DNA of 64,000 nt from Pseudobdellovibrionaceae bacterium (GCA_030591685.1 JAUVAX010000002.1:1-64000); one strand, 5' to 3'. Positions 20,667 through 31,086 are shown, counted from the first letter of the stretch. Notes: generated from the letters alone by a model not told the origin. A program made the numbers and translations.

Positions 20667-20758
20667 TAATAACCTTAAAATATCATGGGCGAGCCCCTAA
20701 AAAATCAAATTAAAACTGCCTATTTCATGGCTCATTAAAAATGATGGTTATAAGCTTA

Positions 20759-22375
20759 TTATTTTTTAATGCTACTTGATACATGAAACCCAACTTTAAA
20801 GTCAGTATCAGGGCCTGAGGATCCAATTTTTGGTATGGAGATTTTTAACTTACCGTCCTCATAGTGGCGACTGATTAGTTTTTCACTCACTGGGGAGTCG
20901 AGTTTGATCTCTTCTCTAAAGGTCTCATAGTTGTTGGCACTGAGTGAGCGATTTTTTGTAGAGAGCTTTTCGCTGAAACTTCTCTTTGAGCTCACCATGA
21001 TTTTATTGCCCTTAACATTAACGCTAACATTGTCTTTTTCGTACTCTGGGATTTCGATTTCAAAAAAATAGGCTTTTGGTGACTCTGTAAGGGTGTTAGG
21101 GGTTGATTTAACAGAGTAAAAGGGGTCGTCTTTGGCCTCACTATGGGGGAAGAGCTCTTTAGTCATGGATTGCTTCTGCTCAACCGCTTTATGTATAAAT
21201 CGCTCTCGTTGACCTTTAAGGGACCCTGTAAAGACTTTGTCGTTTTCATTAAAAGATTTTTGATACTCTTGTTTTTGATGACTCAATGATTTTTTATAAG
21301 TCTTATCATTGTCGGCCATCTTTTTTTGATTTGTACTCTGTGCCTGTGCCTGCTGGTCGGCATGAGTCTTTCTTTGCTCTTTTAACTCATTGTTATTTCG
21401 AACCTGATTGTGTTCATATTTTTTTTGAAAATCTGTTTGTTGCCCACTTAATTTTGAGTCTCCGAGTTTGTGAGACCTCTTGATTTCTTCTCGGTACTGG
21501 GCCCTTATTTTTTTTAAGCTGCGGACATTTTTTTTATTCTCAGATTCAAATTGAGATTGGTGAGTTTTCTTTAAATCAGAAATATTGTGATCATTTTGTT
21601 GTTGCAAAAGAACCTCTTGTTCTTTTGTTTGATCCCTAAGCTTATTGAGGTCATAGTTTGACTTCTGTCTTTCAAGTTCCATATGCTTATTGCTAGACTG
21701 CTGAATAGTTTCAAGTTGAGATTTTGATTTTTGATTAGACTTAAGCAAAGTCTCATTATTAGTTTTTTGTTGTTTACTAATTTTAGCCTGATGAGACGTT
21801 GTCATGTCATTGAGTTCTTTATTTAAACTATTTTGAGTTTTCAGTTGTTCTTGTTGTGACTCTCTGTGTATTTTTCTGATATTAGTATTGTGACTCTCGC
21901 GGGTTTCTTTTTGTTTCTTAAGACTCTGTTTTTGGGCTTCAACAGTGTTCTCTTTGTAGGCACTTATTATTTTAGCCTCTCTTTTGCCGGTGACCTCTAT
22001 TTGATGATCTATATTTTTTTTAACAGTTTGGTAAGCCTCTTTTTGCTGGCGTATTTTACTAGCGTTGCCCTCTTTTAGATTATTGTGCTCGCGACGATTT
22101 TTAATATTCTCTTGAAATATTTTTGTGGACTGCTTCTCTTGAAGGTCTTTTATTTTTTCACGACTTTGACGGCTAATATGTGAAATGGCAGCATCGTTAG
22201 TTTCTTTGATTTTATGAATGCGCTCTTTATGCTGCCCTTTTATGTTTTTAATTTGATCTTCATTTTGTTCGACGAGTTGCTTTTTTTGTTTTTTATACTT
22301 GCTTTGCAAATCATGCAGCTCATTGCGGTTGTCTTGCATTTTTTGCTGAACGGGTGTGGACACTGTGCTCTCCAA
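20759..22375 (-). CDS. Long coiled-coil protein with C-terminal Hsp20/alpha-crystallin domain
   Basis: About 410 aa K/Q/E/N-rich helical region, then EIEIPEYEKDNVSVNVKGN..FREEIKL..YEDGKLKISIPK. Confidence 0.8.
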   Translation of the reverse strand: MESTVSTPVQQKMQDNRNELHDLQSKYKKQKKQLVEQNEDQIKNIKGQHKERIHKIKETNDAAISHISRQSREKIKDLQEKQSTKIFQENIKNRREHNNLKEGNASKIRQQKEAYQTVKKNIDHQIEVTGKREAKIISAYKENTVEAQKQSLKKQKETRESHNTNIRKIHRESQQEQLKTQNSLNKELNDMTTSHQAKISKQQKTNNETLLKSNQKSKSQLETIQQSSNKHMELERQKSNYDLNKLRDQTKEQEVLLQQQNDHNISDLKKTHQSQFESENKKNVRSLKKIRAQYREEIKRSHKLGDSKLSGQQTDFQKKYEHNQVRNNNELKEQRKTHADQQAQAQSTNQKKMADNDKTYKKSLSHQKQEYQKSFNENDKVFTGSLKGQRERFIHKAVEQKQSMTKELFPHSEAKDDPFYSVKSTPNTLTESPKAYFFEIEIPEYEKDNVSVNVKGNKIMVSSKRSFSEKLSTKNRSLSANNYETFREEIKLDSPVSEKLISRHYEDGKLKISIPKIGSSGPDTDFKVGFHVSSSIKK

Positions 22376-22477
22376 GTAAAATGACCTTCTTTTTATTTTA
22401 CCAAAGAAAACCTCATTAATTAAATGTATCGATAGAGTCTTAAGATAATTGGACTTTAAAACTAGGCAAAAAATGCC

Positions 22478-22756
22478 CTAGAGTCCGTTTATAGGCTTTA
22501 TTATGGGGTTCGGGTTGGGGCAGATTTTTTTATAGTAACTGGAGTTATTATAACAATTCCAGCTATCGACGAGTTGGATGGTCTCCCCAGTGTTGAGAGG
22601 GTAGTACTCAGGGTACTGAAGGTGGTCTAGGGTTGAGATGAAAGGTTTTTGGAGCTTTTTTTTATCGCTATTTATCAACAACTCATAGGCTCTGTAATCA
22701 GAAAAACCAAATTCAACACTAAAGGCCAGGGCGACTAATATTTTTAATATGAACAT
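22478..22756 (-). CDS. Small hypothetical exported protein
   Basis: 92 aa; signal-like N-terminus, STLDHLQY..Y and SWNC..C motifs. Confidence 0.6.
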   Translation of the reverse strand: MFILKILVALAFSVEFGFSDYRAYELLINSDKKKLQKPFISTLDHLQYPEYYPLNTGETIQLVDSWNCYNNSSYYKKICPNPNPIIKPINGL

Positions 22757-22762
22757 AAGCTT

Positions 22763-22789
22763 TTATCGGTAGATTCATTTTTAATTTAA
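22763..22789 (-). promoter_or_regulatory. Sigma28-like promoter, apparently leaderless
   Basis: TTAA-N15-ACCGATAA ending 6 nt before ATG 22756. Confidence 0.45.
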
Positions 22790-22972
22790 ATTTGAAAGCC
22801 ATTATGCATAGTGGCGACTCAAGGGGCATTTTTTAATAGAACACGAGTGCATTGTTTTTTAAACTCTAAAGTATAATCAGTAATGAACCATAGAGAATGG
22901 GTAATTAGAAGTATCAAACGGGAGACTTTTTTAAAAACTAATAAGTTTCAGTCCTTAAGAAACGACAATTAA

Positions 22973-23281
22973 TTAATGCTCATAGTTTGAGGCCATAAGG
23001 ACTGTGTTGTCTACAATATGAAAGTAAGCCCGCAAAAGTAGTTCATAGGATTCTTGATCTAAAGAGGAGAGGAAAACTTTTTTTTCTGAAAAGGTGCTGT
23101 TTTCGATGAGTTTATTGAAGAGATCCTGGATTCGACCTATTTTATGGCCTTCAAAGAGGTTGAGCTCCTCAGTTGGGATTTTTAAAATATTAGCTATATG
23201 TTCGCGATCAAAGAGTAAGTGAATACCGTTTAATGACTGAGTCAGTAATAGTTCAATTTGTTTTAGGTGTTGCTCTTCCAT
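22973..23281 (-). CDS. Hypothetical protein
   Basis: 102 aa helical ORF with AGGGG RBS; upstream TTAA-N15-GACGATAT. Confidence 0.65.
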   Translation of the reverse strand: MEEQHLKQIELLLTQSLNGIHLLFDREHIANILKIPTEELNLFEGHKIGRIQDLFNKLIENSTFSEKKVFLSSLDQESYELLLRAYFHIVDNTVLMASNYEH

Positions 23282-23436
23282 GGCCCCTAATTATATCGTC
23301 AATGATATTTTTTTGTTAAAATGTCGACATCTATTATTTTGAGGCATTAGTGATGCCTAGGGCAAGAGTATTTTGTAACTCGTTGACACAATTTGTCGTA
23401 GTTAAGTAGTATGTAGAGGCATGGGGAGAGCTTAAA

Positions 23437-24267
23437 ATGGCAAAACCAACCATAAGTAAGAGTAAAATAGTCATTGATGCTGACAAGGGTTTAACTTTTA
23501 AGTCTGAAGATGAGTTATTTAAACACTTTAAGCCTGAAATTGATGGGCTTGAGGATCAATATTTTAAATGGAAGCGTAAGAATGATATTTTAGATGAGAG
23601 CTTTGACCAGTATGAGGGCTGTTTAGAGGAAACTCTAGAAGATCCCGATGAAATATGGCGAGATAATGAGCAACTCATAGACAAGCCAATCACTGTGTAC
23701 TTAAAAGTCTATGAAGATGAAGAGTCAGGCGAGGTGGAGTATTACATCGCCCTAACCTACTTAACTGAAGACATTCCAAGTTTTATATACTTACACTTTC
23801 CCACAAATGACCTAGACCTTGTGGAGCGTTATAGAGATGGTGAAATCGTATTCTCAAAAGCAATGAGTGATGCGCCAACAGGGGCCCTAGATGGGGATGC
23901 TCTCAGCGAGTCGGATGAGTTTGCTTTAGGCCTTTACGAGGCTATGCGAGTCCTTCAAAGCAGTACAGATATACCAGAGAGCGAGTATAGAGATTATGAA
24001 GACTACAGGGAGGAGACCGTAGAAGAGGCTGATGAAATTTGGCGTCGAGCCGACTCTATGGGCAACATGCTCGTCACTTTTATTAAGGATTTTTCTGAAG
24101 GTGAAGAGGGTGAACTTTTCTATTTAGCGGTAACTCTAGAGGACACCCCTTCAAACTCTCACGTATTGTTGTTTTCTTTTCCCACAACGGATAAGTCTCT
24201 AGTTGATAGGTATCGATCGGGTGAAAACCTACATGCTGAAGAAGTCGTTCAAGAGTCCAGTCATTAA
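23437..24267 (+). CDS. Acidic protein with tandem PBECR-like (BECR-fold) repeats
   Basis: Two homologous halves: ETLEDPDEIW..FPTND.DLVERYR.GE and ETVEEADEIW..FPTTD.SLVDRYR.GE. Confidence 0.65.
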   Translation: MAKPTISKSKIVIDADKGLTFKSEDELFKHFKPEIDGLEDQYFKWKRKNDILDESFDQYEGCLEETLEDPDEIWRDNEQLIDKPITVYLKVYEDEESGEVEYYIALTYLTEDIPSFIYLHFPTNDLDLVERYRDGEIVFSKAMSDAPTGALDGDALSESDEFALGLYEAMRVLQSSTDIPESEYRDYEDYREETVEEADEIWRRADSMGNMLVTFIKDFSEGEEGELFYLAVTLEDTPSNSHVLLFSFPTTDKSLVDRYRSGENLHAEEVVQESSH

Positions 24268-24299
24268 TTAGTTTTTTTCGTATTTTAAGCGAATAAAAA

Positions 24300-25094
24300 C
24301 TAATTAATCATAGCATTACAAAATTGATTCATGTCTGTGTGGTACTGATCGTCAGAGGATCCACTTGAGGAAATGTTAAGTAAGGGATGTAATGAAATGA
24401 GCTCAGAAGTAAAATGTGTAGATTGATAAGTGAGTGGATTAGCATAAAAGGGAGTCAGTAAAAAATTAAGGCTCTCAATAGCCTGCCCACCAGCCGAGGG
24501 AAAGTGGCCTAGGTATACAGCTTGATCAGAGTTAGACAGATTGACTAAAGTTATAAAATAATCATTTGCAAAACTCTCAGGTGCTGTGCCAAATAAATTA
24601 CTCGCCTCGTTAATAGAGTTTAAATCAAGAGACGTATAGACTTTAGCATACTGTAAAGAGCTACTTTTGATGACCCCATTACTGCTTTCGCCTAAAAACA
24701 GGCCAGCATCAGCATTGGATTTTTTTTGAATTACAAATTGTTGAGCACTCGGAGATAAAACTTTAGTGTCGTTACATCTCTCATGCCACGTGTACATTTC
24801 TAAAAGCGAATCTCCTGAGATAACCCCCGCAGGTATTGAAGAGAGTTGAACTCTTAAGGCCGTATAATCGGGCTGTTGATTAATCGGGTCATAAAAAACA
24901 GCCACTTCGCCTGAAATAAACCCAGTAAACCCACTGCATAAGGCCTGAGGCGAGAGTTGTGAAACACGCTCCTTAATACATGAGCCTCCGTCGTCAGTAG
25001 AGGATAAAATTATACTGCGGTTTTCTTTACTGCTGCCACAAGAGGTGAGTAAAAAAAATGTAGATATAATTAAGTATAAATTTAAACTTTTCAT
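24300..25094 (-). CDS. Hypothetical lipoprotein
   Basis: MKSLNLYLIISTFFLLTSC lipoprotein signal; the ORF-track TTG start at 25157 falls inside a sigma54 box, so ATG 25094 is preferred. Confidence 0.7.
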   Translation of the reverse strand: MKSLNLYLIISTFFLLTSCGSSKENRSIILSSTDDGGSCIKERVSQLSPQALCSGFTGFISGEVAVFYDPINQQPDYTALRVQLSSIPAGVISGDSLLEMYTWHERCNDTKVLSPSAQQFVIQKKSNADAGLFLGESSNGVIKSSSLQYAKVYTSLDLNSINEASNLFGTAPESFANDYFITLVNLSNSDQAVYLGHFPSAGGQAIESLNFLLTPFYANPLTYQSTHFTSELISLHPLLNISSSGSSDDQYHTDMNQFCNAMIN

Positions 25095-25140
25095 TATGAC
25101 CCCCAATTGAAAAACCCTAAAGCTGTTACATCTTAAATAA

Positions 25141-25157
25141 TGCAAGCAGGGTGCCAA
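25141..25157 (-). promoter_or_regulatory. Sigma54 promoter
   Basis: TTGGCACCCTGCTTGCA matches consensus TTGGCAC-N5-TTGCW; IHF-like TATCAGTAGTTTA at 25192-25204. Confidence 0.8.
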
Positions 25158-25351
25158 TTTATGCCGTTAATTATTTAGTAAAGCCATGTAATATCAGTAG
25201 TTTAAGATTTCTAAGGATGTATTAAAATGAGGCGGGTGTTAGATTATGGGTTAATATTTGTAAAATAAAGTAAAGTTGGTATACTTTTTTAGAGCTAACA
25301 TAATGACTTTATTGACCTTTAAAGAAAAGTGTAAATAACTTAGGCGGGTGT

Positions 25352-26185
25352 ATGAGGTGTATTTGGTTTTTTTTAATTATAACGCTTCAGTGGGGCTGTG
25401 TGAGCCCTCCAGGGTTAAAACCTTTAGGAGAGAAAGCAGTTTCATTACAGCTTAAAGGTGGGCAGAGCACAACACACTCCTACTCTTCAATTAGTAATTC
25501 AAAGTTTTACGAACAGGGGGAGCTTGTTCGAGAAAAACAAGATGCCGTTGATTTTACCGTGCAAACAGAGTTTTTAGGGGTTGAGGGTAAGGGCTTTAGC
25601 TTTAATGTGAAAACCATAAAAAAAGAGGGGACTGTTTTATTAAATGGTTTGGGCTTTCCTGAACTAGGGGAGGTTATTAAAATGACCTATGGCCCTGAGT
25701 ATAAAGTTTTAAATGTTGTAGGAAAACCTCGAGGGGGTCTGTTTTATGTCCCCCCGGTATCACTGCCTAAAAAAAATGTAAAAAAAGGGGATACGTGGAT
25801 TTTATCGGCCGAATGGGAGGGTAAAAACAAACTCCCCTTACAAATAAATATAGTGAGTATTTTAAAAAACCGTTATCTTTGCCCTGTATTTGGAGAGTGT
25901 GTAGAGATTGAAATATCGGGCCATGTGAATGTTAAAAACGACATTAAAATGAATGTTAAACTTTTAAGCAAAGTCCGTGGTCGTTTTTTATTAAACTTAA
26001 ATAATGCAGATGTGATTTGGTCAGAGGTGGGGAGTCAGGAGTGGGTCTATACAAAGTCGGGTCGTATAGAAGTGAATTCATGTGTGGCCTCAAAAATTCA
26101 TAGTGAAAAAGCCCTATTTTTAAACTCAACCCCTTTAAGTTGTGACCCTATATCTAAAGAGTCAGGGCCCCTACCGGGGCTTTAA
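25352..26185 (+). CDS. Hypothetical lipoprotein, beta-rich
   Basis: Short signal with QWGC lipobox-like motif; LPKKNVKKGDTW segment. Confidence 0.65.
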   Translation: MRCIWFFLIITLQWGCVSPPGLKPLGEKAVSLQLKGGQSTTHSYSSISNSKFYEQGELVREKQDAVDFTVQTEFLGVEGKGFSFNVKTIKKEGTVLLNGLGFPELGEVIKMTYGPEYKVLNVVGKPRGGLFYVPPVSLPKKNVKKGDTWILSAEWEGKNKLPLQINIVSILKNRYLCPVFGECVEIEISGHVNVKNDIKMNVKLLSKVRGRFLLNLNNADVIWSEVGSQEWVYTKSGRIEVNSCVASKIHSEKALFLNSTPLSCDPISKESGPLPGL

Positions 26186-28497
26186 AGTTCAGCCCAAGTG
26201 ACGCCGTCACCACCTTGTTGGCTGTTGGCCGCGTACCACTTTTTTATATACATGCTTCTTGAAAGGTACTGTCGAACCGTGCGTTTAAGGGTGTTTGTGC
26301 CAAAGCCATGAATGATTTTAATTCGGTCTTCTTCGTTTAAAACAGCAGTGTCTAGTTGGGCCTCTAATTGATTGATGGCGTCTTCAGCACTGAGCCCCCT
26401 TAAATCGACAAGACGATCTGAGTCTACAGGGCTTACGCTAAAGGGTGTTTTGTGAAGGATCTTACTTGTTTTGTTTTGATTTTTCTTAGAGAGCTTTATA
26501 GACCTCCAAGGGACCGCTATTTGCATGGATCCCGAGAACACCGTGACTTCACCTTTGTTATTGAGTTTTGATTGTATAATGGCGTCTTTACCAAGTGAAT
26601 CAACAAAAACTTTAGTGCCCGGGGGGAAGTGCTGAGAGAACTCTTCAGAAGTTAAGGCCTCCGTTGGGGGCTCTTTAGATTTTATAATACTCGGTAGCTT
26701 GGCTTGCATTTTTAAAAGTGTTTCATGGTTTTTAAAGGCTTTATCAACATTAGCATGTTCAATCATCGTACTAATTTGACTTTGCGCTTTTTGCACTTCT
26801 TGAGTGAGTAAATGTTGTTTTTCACGATCAAAGTTTTCTGTGAGTTCAGCATATTTAAGCTTTTCTTTTTGAGCGAGCATTAGTTCTTGTTCAAGATTTG
26901 ATTTAACCGTTAAGAGCTCCTTTCTGAGCTCTTCGGATTCAGACATACTTTTTTGGCGTTCTTTGGTTTCTGGTGAAAGAAAATTAAGAGCTTGAGCAAT
27001 AATATTGGGGTCAACGCCAACCCTTTTAGCTGTTTGTAGAGCCAGGGAATCGCCCGGAACCCCCATAATAAATTGATAAGTAGGCCGGCCTGTTTTTGCA
27101 TTGTACTCTAAGCTGCCATTAACAACGGAGTCTTGAGCACTCCATCCCGATTTTAGGGGTGAAAGGTGAGAGGTGATCACAGCAAAACAGTTATTCTTAC
27201 TGTATTGAGTAATAAAACTTCGGGCTAAAGCGGAGCCCTCTTCAGGGTCAGTGGAGCCACAAATCTCATCAATGAGTAATAGTTGATCATGCCCCTTTGC
27301 ATTGAGTGACTCATTGAGGACTTTTAAATGGCCAGCAAACGTACTTAAGCTCTCATCAATATTTTGCAAATCCCCTACGGCCATGTGTAGGTTTTTGAAA
27401 AAAGGGAGGCGGGAGTCTTTTTTAGCACAAATAAGTAGCCCATGCCGAGACATTTGGGCTGCTAACCCCACGGCTTTAAGCAATACTGTTTTGCCCCCGG
27501 CATTGGGGCCTGTTAGTAGCAGTATTCTTTGCTCTTCCATAAGTGTAACGCTGTTGGCGACAACGGATTCGCCATTTAATATTAAAAGGGGATGCCGTAA
27601 ATTTTTTAAATCAATTTTTTTCTCATCAAAGGTAACGGCACAGGCGTTTGTGAGTAATGCAAGCTTTGCTTTTGAAAAGAGCACGTCTGCGTTGAGGAGT
27701 GTTTCTTGAGTCAACTCAAACTCAGCAGTCAGGCTATGTAGGTAGTCAGAGAGTTCTCTTAGGAGCCGCTCAATTTCGTCGAGTATACCTTGTTCGATTT
27801 GTTTTAGTTTATTATTCATGGGCACAACAATTTGAGGCTCCATAAAAACAGTTTGTCGACTGTGACTAGAGGCATGAATAATGCCCTCAATGTTGTGCTG
27901 CATGCCGCTTTTAACGGGGATCACTAGCCGACCCTCTCGTGCGGTCACATATTTATCTTGTATAATGGTCTCTAGTTGATGTTTTTTGACTAATTTTTCA
28001 AGTGTATGCTCTACAGACTTAGTGAGGCGTTGTTTTTCAAGGTAAAGTTTGTAGAGCTTTTCACTGGCATCATTTTTAATGCTTCCGCTGGGGGTAATGA
28101 TTTTATCAATGGCAAAAAGGGGTTCGCTTGTATTTAATATACAGGCTATAAACTCTTTAGTCTCAGGGCTTTCTGATGATGAGAGGTACTCACTCAAGCT
28201 TAAGGCTTCGACTAAGAAGTGTCGAATGTCTTTAAGCTCTAGAGTTTTCATAAGGGCCTTTTTTTTAAGGCGAGTAAACCAGGAGTAATAGAGGTCTAAA
28301 CTCTCCATAAAGGGGCGGTTGCCAGTGGCCAATAGACTTTGAAAGGCCTGTATCTTGCTAAAGCTCTTAAGGGCCTCTGCTTCGCTTAAAAAAGGTTCTA
28401 TTTGGTTTATTTTTTGCTGTGCTAATTCACTGGTACAGAACTCCTTGAGTTGAATTATTATTTGTGGCCAATCAATTGAGTTATTTTTTAGATCCAT
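26182..28497 (-). CDS. mutS2: Endonuclease MutS2
   Basis: TGPNAGGKT Walker A, QNIDESLSTF, LIDEICGSTDPEEG and C-terminal Smr domain (VDLRG..IIHGFGT..GGDGVT). Confidence 0.93.
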   Translation of the reverse strand: MDLKNNSIDWPQIIIQLKEFCTSELAQQKINQIEPFLSEAEALKSFSKIQAFQSLLATGNRPFMESLDLYYSWFTRLKKKALMKTLELKDIRHFLVEALSLSEYLSSSESPETKEFIACILNTSEPLFAIDKIITPSGSIKNDASEKLYKLYLEKQRLTKSVEHTLEKLVKKHQLETIIQDKYVTAREGRLVIPVKSGMQHNIEGIIHASSHSRQTVFMEPQIVVPMNNKLKQIEQGILDEIERLLRELSDYLHSLTAEFELTQETLLNADVLFSKAKLALLTNACAVTFDEKKIDLKNLRHPLLILNGESVVANSVTLMEEQRILLLTGPNAGGKTVLLKAVGLAAQMSRHGLLICAKKDSRLPFFKNLHMAVGDLQNIDESLSTFAGHLKVLNESLNAKGHDQLLLIDEICGSTDPEEGSALARSFITQYSKNNCFAVITSHLSPLKSGWSAQDSVVNGSLEYNAKTGRPTYQFIMGVPGDSLALQTAKRVGVDPNIIAQALNFLSPETKERQKSMSESEELRKELLTVKSNLEQELMLAQKEKLKYAELTENFDREKQHLLTQEVQKAQSQISTMIEHANVDKAFKNHETLLKMQAKLPSIIKSKEPPTEALTSEEFSQHFPPGTKVFVDSLGKDAIIQSKLNNKGEVTVFSGSMQIAVPWRSIKLSKKNQNKTSKILHKTPFSVSPVDSDRLVDLRGLSAEDAINQLEAQLDTAVLNEEDRIKIIHGFGTNTLKRTVRQYLSRSMYIKKWYAANSQQGGDGVTWAEL

Positions 28498-30037
28498 ATT
28501 TATCCCAAAATAAAAGAGTTACTAAGCTGAGACATAAAAAAAGCGTTATGAGCCAGGGGAACTTTTGATAAAACGTAGCTGTATTATTTTTATAGTAGGG
28601 GACTTTATAAATATGTGTCCACTCTTTAAAAAGGGGCGAGGTTTTAAGTATTTGCCCTTTTGGGGTCATGACGGTGGTAAAACCCGTATTTGTAGACCGA
28701 ATGACCGGCCTTCTGTGCTCAATGCCCCGAGCCAGAGTTGAGTATAAATTTTGATAGGGCTCGCTGGCGGGCCCAAACCAAGAGTCATTAGTGAAGTTTA
28801 TAAAAACTTGTGCCCCGGCTTTGGCCAGGTCAATTGAGAAGTCTTCAAAAAGACTTTCATAACATATTTGTGGGCCAAATTTCACACCATTTACGTTATA
28901 GGCCTCGGGGCCATTGCCGGCCTCAAACTCGCTGATATTGAGGCTCTCGGCGAGTTTTGGAAAGTACTTGGCCCCAGGTACATACTCGCCAAAGGCTAAA
29001 AGATGAGTTTTTTTATAAGGCTCATGTATCACCTCACCATTAGGATTAAAAAAATAAACAGAGTTGGCTGTCCGGCCATTTTTTTTATTGTAATGGTAGC
29101 TGCCCGATATGAGGTGGGCCTTAGTGGGGGCTAAGACTTTTTGAATTAACCTTTGTGTAAAAAGGGGCGTTTTTTTGCCAGTAAGAGGTAGTGGGATAGC
29201 TGTTTCAGGCCACAATACATAGTCAACATTGTGATTCTCTTTTAAGGCCTTATGCGTGAGCTGGGTATACTTATCAATTATTTCTGTACGAAATTTACGG
29301 CCTCTCTGGGCCGCCTCTTTAGCCAGGTTTCCGATGTTGGCCTGCACAGTAAGAACATTAATAAAGGCGTCTGTGTCTTTGAGCTGCGAGGCTCTCAGCG
29401 CGCCAAGAAGGTTAAGAGTTACAGAGATTAAGAACACTAAGAAGAGCGGGCGGAGAAATTTCTTTTTATTTTTATATAAATAAAACCCATATAAACTCAG
29501 TGCATTTATAAGTAGGGTCAATGTGCTTAGCCCGTTAAACCCAATGATGTCCGCTAGTTGGTAGATGGGTAATTGGGCCGAGAGGTAAGTGTATCCAAAA
29601 TTCCAGGCAAATAAAGTAACATAAAAACGCTCTGTTAAGGCTGTAATTAGAGCTATACATATTATTTTAGAAAGAGGGGACTTTAAATACTTTTGAAGGT
29701 AATGCCATATTAAGCCGGCCAACGGGATATAATACCCACTTAAGGCCGCGCAGAGAAGCATGACTAGTATAGCAACCGGCCAGGGTAAATGAGCGTGTTC
29801 TCGCGCCACGTAGGCAACCCAGTAAGCTCCAATGAGGTTGAGAACAAAGGAGGAGATCCACCCACTGATTAAAATTTTCTTTAAAGAAGAGCTATTATTA
29901 AGCCAGTACCACCAAAGAGGTACAAAAAAAAAGATCACAGCCCAAGGCAAAAAAGGTATAAAACTTGTGCCCAGAAGAAGGCCCGCAAAAAAAGAAGATT
30001 TGTACTCTTGAAAAAGAGAGTGAAATCGGTTTATCAT
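28481..30037 (-). CDS. lnt: Apolipoprotein N-acyltransferase
   Basis: Multi-TM N-terminus; LWPETA, YKKTHLLAFGEYVP, QICYE, TNDSWF and RSTNTG motifs. Confidence 0.95.
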   Translation of the reverse strand: MINRFHSLFQEYKSSFFAGLLLGTSFIPFLPWAVIFFFVPLWWYWLNNSSSLKKILISGWISSFVLNLIGAYWVAYVAREHAHLPWPVAILVMLLCAALSGYYIPLAGLIWHYLQKYLKSPLSKIICIALITALTERFYVTLFAWNFGYTYLSAQLPIYQLADIIGFNGLSTLTLLINALSLYGFYLYKNKKKFLRPLFLVFLISVTLNLLGALRASQLKDTDAFINVLTVQANIGNLAKEAAQRGRKFRTEIIDKYTQLTHKALKENHNVDYVLWPETAIPLPLTGKKTPLFTQRLIQKVLAPTKAHLISGSYHYNKKNGRTANSVYFFNPNGEVIHEPYKKTHLLAFGEYVPGAKYFPKLAESLNISEFEAGNGPEAYNVNGVKFGPQICYESLFEDFSIDLAKAGAQVFINFTNDSWFGPASEPYQNLYSTLARGIEHRRPVIRSTNTGFTTVMTPKGQILKTSPLFKEWTHIYKVPYYKNNTATFYQKFPWLITLFLCLSLVTLLFWDKYGSKK

Positions 30038-30075
30038 GTATTTAAGATTATCATTGTTTGCTTTACGGGAGAAGC

Positions 30076-30936
30076 ATGGAGTTTAGTAAAGATCAGTCAT
30101 TACCCACTCAAAACACACAGGTGTTGGTGACTCCGCATATAAACGTGCGTTGCCCCAGTTGTTTTAAACTCTATAATGTCGACTCTAAAGATATATCCAC
30201 TAAAAAACCAAAATTTAAATGCACAAAGTGTGAGCAAAAATTTTGGGTCTCTTACCCTGAATGTTTAGGTGTAGATGAGTTTTTAGGTTACCCAGAGTTA
30301 GCTCCGAAGACGTCTTTCGACGACCTGCAACAGACCTCTGAGGAGCTTTTTTCAAAGCAAGCCTCTTTGGGCGTTGAACCATTGCAGGCGAAGGGCCTTG
30401 ATTTCGACAAAAGCTATGAGACCCCCACTCAACTGTGCTCGAAATGTAATACTTCCTACTTGATAGATCAAAAAGACTGCCATGTCTGTGGTGTTGTTAT
30501 TGAAAAAACAAAGAACCTTGATAGTTTTAAATCTGAAACCCCTGTGCCAAAACACGTAAAGTTAGCTTGGCAGGCTGTTTTGGACACCTATGAAGACCCT
30601 TCTTTGCATGATGCCTTCATTAAAACCTGTAAAGACACTCATCAACTTGAGTTTGCAGCCCATAAATACACTAAAATCTTAAAGGCCTATCCTATTGATG
30701 AAGAGTCTCAAAAGCGAGTTCGCCAAATAGAAAATATAGTCATTGTGAAATCAGGGTTAGGTCTAACGCCAAGGCTGAAAACAAAAAGTCGTCGTTTTCG
30801 TTGGAATTTTTTATTTATGTCTATTGGTCTAAGTATGATCTTGATTGGTTATGTCATCCCTCAACTTAGAAACATGGTCGGAGTCGGGGTAGCTATGACA
30901 TTTCTAACTCTAGCCCTTCGGTTTTATTTTAAATAA
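30076..30936 (+). CDS. MJ0042-like zinc-ribbon membrane protein
   Basis: CPSC..CTKC and CSKC..CHVC zinc ribbons, two C-terminal TM helices; GGGAG RBS before ATG 30076. Confidence 0.7.
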   Translation: MEFSKDQSLPTQNTQVLVTPHINVRCPSCFKLYNVDSKDISTKKPKFKCTKCEQKFWVSYPECLGVDEFLGYPELAPKTSFDDLQQTSEELFSKQASLGVEPLQAKGLDFDKSYETPTQLCSKCNTSYLIDQKDCHVCGVVIEKTKNLDSFKSETPVPKHVKLAWQAVLDTYEDPSLHDAFIKTCKDTHQLEFAAHKYTKILKAYPIDEESQKRVRQIENIVIVKSGLGLTPRLKTKSRRFRWNFLFMSIGLSMILIGYVIPQLRNMVGVGVAMTFLTLALRFYFK

Positions 30937-31086
30937 ACCTATTTTTGGCAAACGTAACTATGAGCTTAAAGACATCAAAAATTGTTTTTCTCTTTGTTGT
31001 GACGACATTAGGGGGGAGCGGCTGTTTTTTCTTTTCAGAAAAAGCATAAGACTTCCCTAAATTAACTCGTATCACAGAGGATCCTT

